Assembly: GCA_018985225.1 (NCBI GenBank)
Contig: JADGIF010000303.1
Coordinates: forward strand, 1-11,349
Length of the DNA: 11,349 nucleotides
Direction of reading: 5' to 3'
Origin: Amoeboradix gromovi X-113
Lineage: Eukaryota > Fungi > Sanchytriomycota
In this document: positions 8,689-11,349 of the stretch, one piece after another
Numbering within the stretch: position 1 is the stretch's first letter
Layout: each line of letters begins with the position of its first letter
Made by a program: the position numbers and the translations under genes
The notes under the pieces: generated by a model
Databases searched by the model: none
What the model was told of the DNA's origin: nothing
What the model saw: the letters and a program-made list of their open reading frames with translations, nothing else

Positions 8689-10651
8689 ATGCAACAAAAT
8701 AGATTATTTCAATCATTTAATAGAACCAGGTCTAACTCCCAAAAGAAAGGAATGACTCCTCTATTCAAACCACAGCAAATACCGGAAAATGTTTTCCCCG
8801 AGGAAGAAAAACCTTATACTAAGGTGTTGAGCAATATTACAAATTTGAATAATATTTCGAGACCATTGACTGATTCTCCATCATTGAAAGCTAGATTTCA
8901 GGGTACCTCGTCTGTAGAACCAGCTTTGATAAAGGGTACCTTCAAGCCAGAAGACACTATAGACACTCTTACCCTTAGCGAAAACGAGTCTGAGTTCCTT
9001 TCTTTCGACAACGATGTCAAGTATGAGACTTCTGCTGTGGAAACCACCACTCAATTTACCCCAGTTCAGAAGAAGCTATTGCCACAATACCCTCAGACGC
9101 CAGATGAAAACAACTTGTTTGATTTTGTAAACAACATGAAAACTCTTATGCTTAAAAAGTCTGTCCTTGAAAACGACAAGTTAGATCTTCAAAAGTCGTT
9201 GGACAAAAGTAAATCAGAGTTAGAAAGCGGGAAAAAGCTGGAGTCAAAGGCACTTGAGTTTATAAATGAGTTTGACAACAATAAAACATTTATTGAAGCT
9301 AGAATGAAAGAACTCGAAGACTTTGGTAGATTCATGACAGCTGTTGTTAAAACAACCAAAGACAGTTCATTAGAAATCTCTATTCATCATGAAAAAAAGA
9401 AACTAGACTTTGAAAATAGAATTTCTCAATTAAATGAGGCTGTAGCCAATTCTGAAAGTACCATCAAGGTTTTAAATGCTAGCATTCTTGATATGTCCAA
9501 GACCAATGATAACCATGAGCTTCAGATAGTAGTTCTTCATGAGAAATTGCAAAACGAAATTAAAAATTTAAGTCAAAAGAGTCATCAGGTTGATGAGTTA
9601 CAGTCACAAAATGGTGAGTTAGCTGTTATAGTTCAGCAACTCAAGCATGAATTACAGGGCTCGAAGTCTGATTACACCACCTTGCTGCCTCGGTTCCAAT
9701 CCTGCGAATCACATATGGATGCAATCACTGTCGAGAATTACGAATTGCAGAAAGATTTGGCAACTGTAAGACAGCAACTTGAAAATGCAAATACGCTTCA
9801 GTCTTCTTGTTTAACCGATTTAAATCATGAAATTGAAAAATCAAATCAGTTCAAGTTGGAGTCATACAAGATTGAAGAGTTGAATTCCGACTTGAAAATT
9901 AAACTAGCCTCTTCTAATGTCCTTTGTGAGTCCTTAAATGATAAAATAAAAGATTTGCAACTGAATGGTAAGGACTCGCAAATACTATCTGACAAGTTCG
10001 AAGTGCTGTACAATTCAATTTTAAAGTTGAATGCTGATAAGAGTAGTTTTACTATAGAATTAAGTGATATGAAAATCCAGCAGCAAGTACTAGTCGATAC
10101 ACTGAACGTAAGCAACACCTGCAAATCGGATGTAGATTCCAATAAATTGGCCGAGTAATTGATACTAATGTAGTCTGGAGCTGAGTAACAAACAGCTCTC
10201 TGAATTAATAAAGTCCATTTGCATACTGCTTAACATTGAGAAACAAAGTGATTTGATCCAAATTGTACGAAAATTATCAAGTGACGTTAATAATTTGGAT
10301 GTGGCTTACAAGCATTTGACCAAGGAACTAAATTTATCAAAAATTGGGTATGACAATGTATTGAGTAAAAACACAACATTCCAAACGACAGTCCACAACA
10401 AAGATATTGAAATATTAGAGTTAAGGTCAGACAATAAAGAGAAATTGATTAAAATGGACATAGTGCAAGAGGAATTGGGAAGGACAAAGAATGAAATTGA
10501 CTTGTTACGTTTGGAACTAAAGAGAAAGAATGGGCATAGCACTGCGCAAATGGAAACACCAACACATGCTAGAAAGAGACCATTAACAATAGCTGATAAA
10601 AAGAAGAGACAAAAGATGGTAAAAGTGGAATCGGATGTAGTATTTTACTAG
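8689..10651 (+). CDS. Uncharacterised long coiled-coil protein; 2 exons (8689-10154, 10174-10651), 647 aa
   Basis: The 489-aa and 132-aa track ORFs join after removing a 19-nt intron (..GCC GA|T CTG GAG CTG..). Disordered S/T-P-rich head, heptad-rich L/E/K/Q/N body, and a basic tail (RKRP..KKKRQK). Confidence 0.82.
10155..10173 (+). other. Spliceosomal intron, 19 nt, phase 2 (GTAATTGATACTAATGTAG)
   Basis: It contains the in-frame TAA that ends the upstream ORF. Removal puts the reading frame in register with the 10253..10651 ORF. TACTAAT is branch-like, and the length and ends match the two PP6 introns. Confidence 0.87.
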
Positions 10652-10662
10652 TAAATGTTATT

Positions 10663-11172
10663 TTATTGAAATTGTGATAAAAAAGTATCTGCTACTACTC
10701 TAGCACGAGCATTTAAGCATAATTTCATCTCTGACATTTCCTTGTCAATCTCTTCCAAAAAAATGCAAACAAATTCTACCAATTTCACACGAATCATTTC
10801 AGTACAATGGTATACAGTGATCAGCAAGCTTAGATCATATCCCGGAACTGCCTTTCTACGTAAAACGCTGAACTCCTCAGCTCGCATCATCAAGAAACGA
10901 GTGAAAGATTTGTTTAAAATTTTCTCAATATCGTCACTTTGTTTGAGCTTCATTGATACTCTAACAGAATTAATGCTAGTTTCAATCAGGGTGTACTCAT
11001 TCTCATTTCTAGCAACGAGGATAGGATTTAAAATGACCTCACTACTAGTTTGGATTTCAACTTCAGGTTTGATATGACGTTCAACAATTTGGGAGGCAAA
11101 ATGCTGAAGACAAAGAGATGCATTAAGGCTACTTCTTAATGCAGAGATGTACGGCCGCGAACTCTGGGACAT
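10663..11172 (-). CDS. ARPC4: Arp2/3 complex subunit 4 (p20-ARC, Arc19); 169 aa
   Basis: RPY...[49 protein letters not shown]...GYD.S.LIT and EEIDKE.SEMKL..NARAR.VA. Confidence 0.96.
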   Translation of the reverse strand: MSQSSRPYISALRSSLNASLCLQHFASQIVERHIKPEVEIQTSSEVILNPILVARNENEYTLIETSINSVRVSMKLKQSDDIEKILNKSFTRFLMMRAEEFSVLRRKAVPGYDLSLLITVYHCTEMIRVKLVEFVCIFLEEIDKEMSEMKLCLNARARVVADTFLSQFQ

Positions 11173-11349
11173 ATTTGAAGTTGTTTCACGGATCCAATTT
11201 TAAATTTCTTGGGAAAAACCATCTAGAATGTGCAAAATGCAATACTCATTAGACTTGGGACACCAAATATAAAAACTAGACTAACTCGTTTTTAAAGGAG
11301 GTGCTCCATACGGAGGAAATGCTATCATTAATAAAAGATCTTCTTCTAT

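Noticed and set aside
287-11077. Small shadow ORFs (287-493, 2902-3105, 4618-4866, 6855-7043, 7196-7390, 7209-7487, 9846-10142, 10306-10542, 10742-11077)
   Set aside because: All are antisense or alternate-frame overlaps of well-supported genes, with no motifs of their own.
11294-11349. Shine-Dalgarno-like AAAGGAGGTG/GGAGG and small GGAG/CTCC hairpins before ATG 11319 (MLSLIKDLLL..)
   Set aside because: The context is eukaryotic and only 10 codons are visible. Minus-strand frames entering from the right edge are equally plausible, so no call is possible.
1-11349. tRNA, rRNA, snRNA genes, CRISPR arrays or tandem repeats
   Set aside because: No recognisable cloverleaf, snRNA signature or repeat-spacer periodicity by eye; a covariance-model scan was not possible.

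Overview
AT-rich, very gene-dense eukaryotic DNA read with the standard genetic code. It is most likely an early-diverging fungus with a compact genome (inference from a fungal/plant-type PurK-PurE ADE2 fusion, a YKL162C-like NDUFAF7 homologue, Sit4/Ppe1-like PP6, ATG5 and ARPC4). Ten protein genes are supported: NDUFAF7/MidA-family methyltransferase, an unknown double C2HC zinc-finger protein, a miniaturised BUD13, ATG5, a JIP5/WDR55-like WD40 protein, PP6/SIT4, ADE2, dephospho-CoA kinase, a 647-aa coiled-coil protein and ARPC4. The main finding is that all three introns I can establish (two in PP6, one in the coiled-coil gene) are exactly 19 nt long. They share 13 of 19 invariant positions (GTAATTkAwAyTwAykTAG) with a putative branch A fixed 6 nt from the 3' end, suggesting a fixed-length ultra-short intron system in a genome that keeps purine synthesis, autophagy and Arp2/3. 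Convergent genes are only 3-22 nt apart. The first ~170 nt may be the 3' end of a TnpB/Fanzor-like gene with an omegaRNA-like structure (speculative, cut by the window edge). About 680 nt at 2274-2956 is unexplained.
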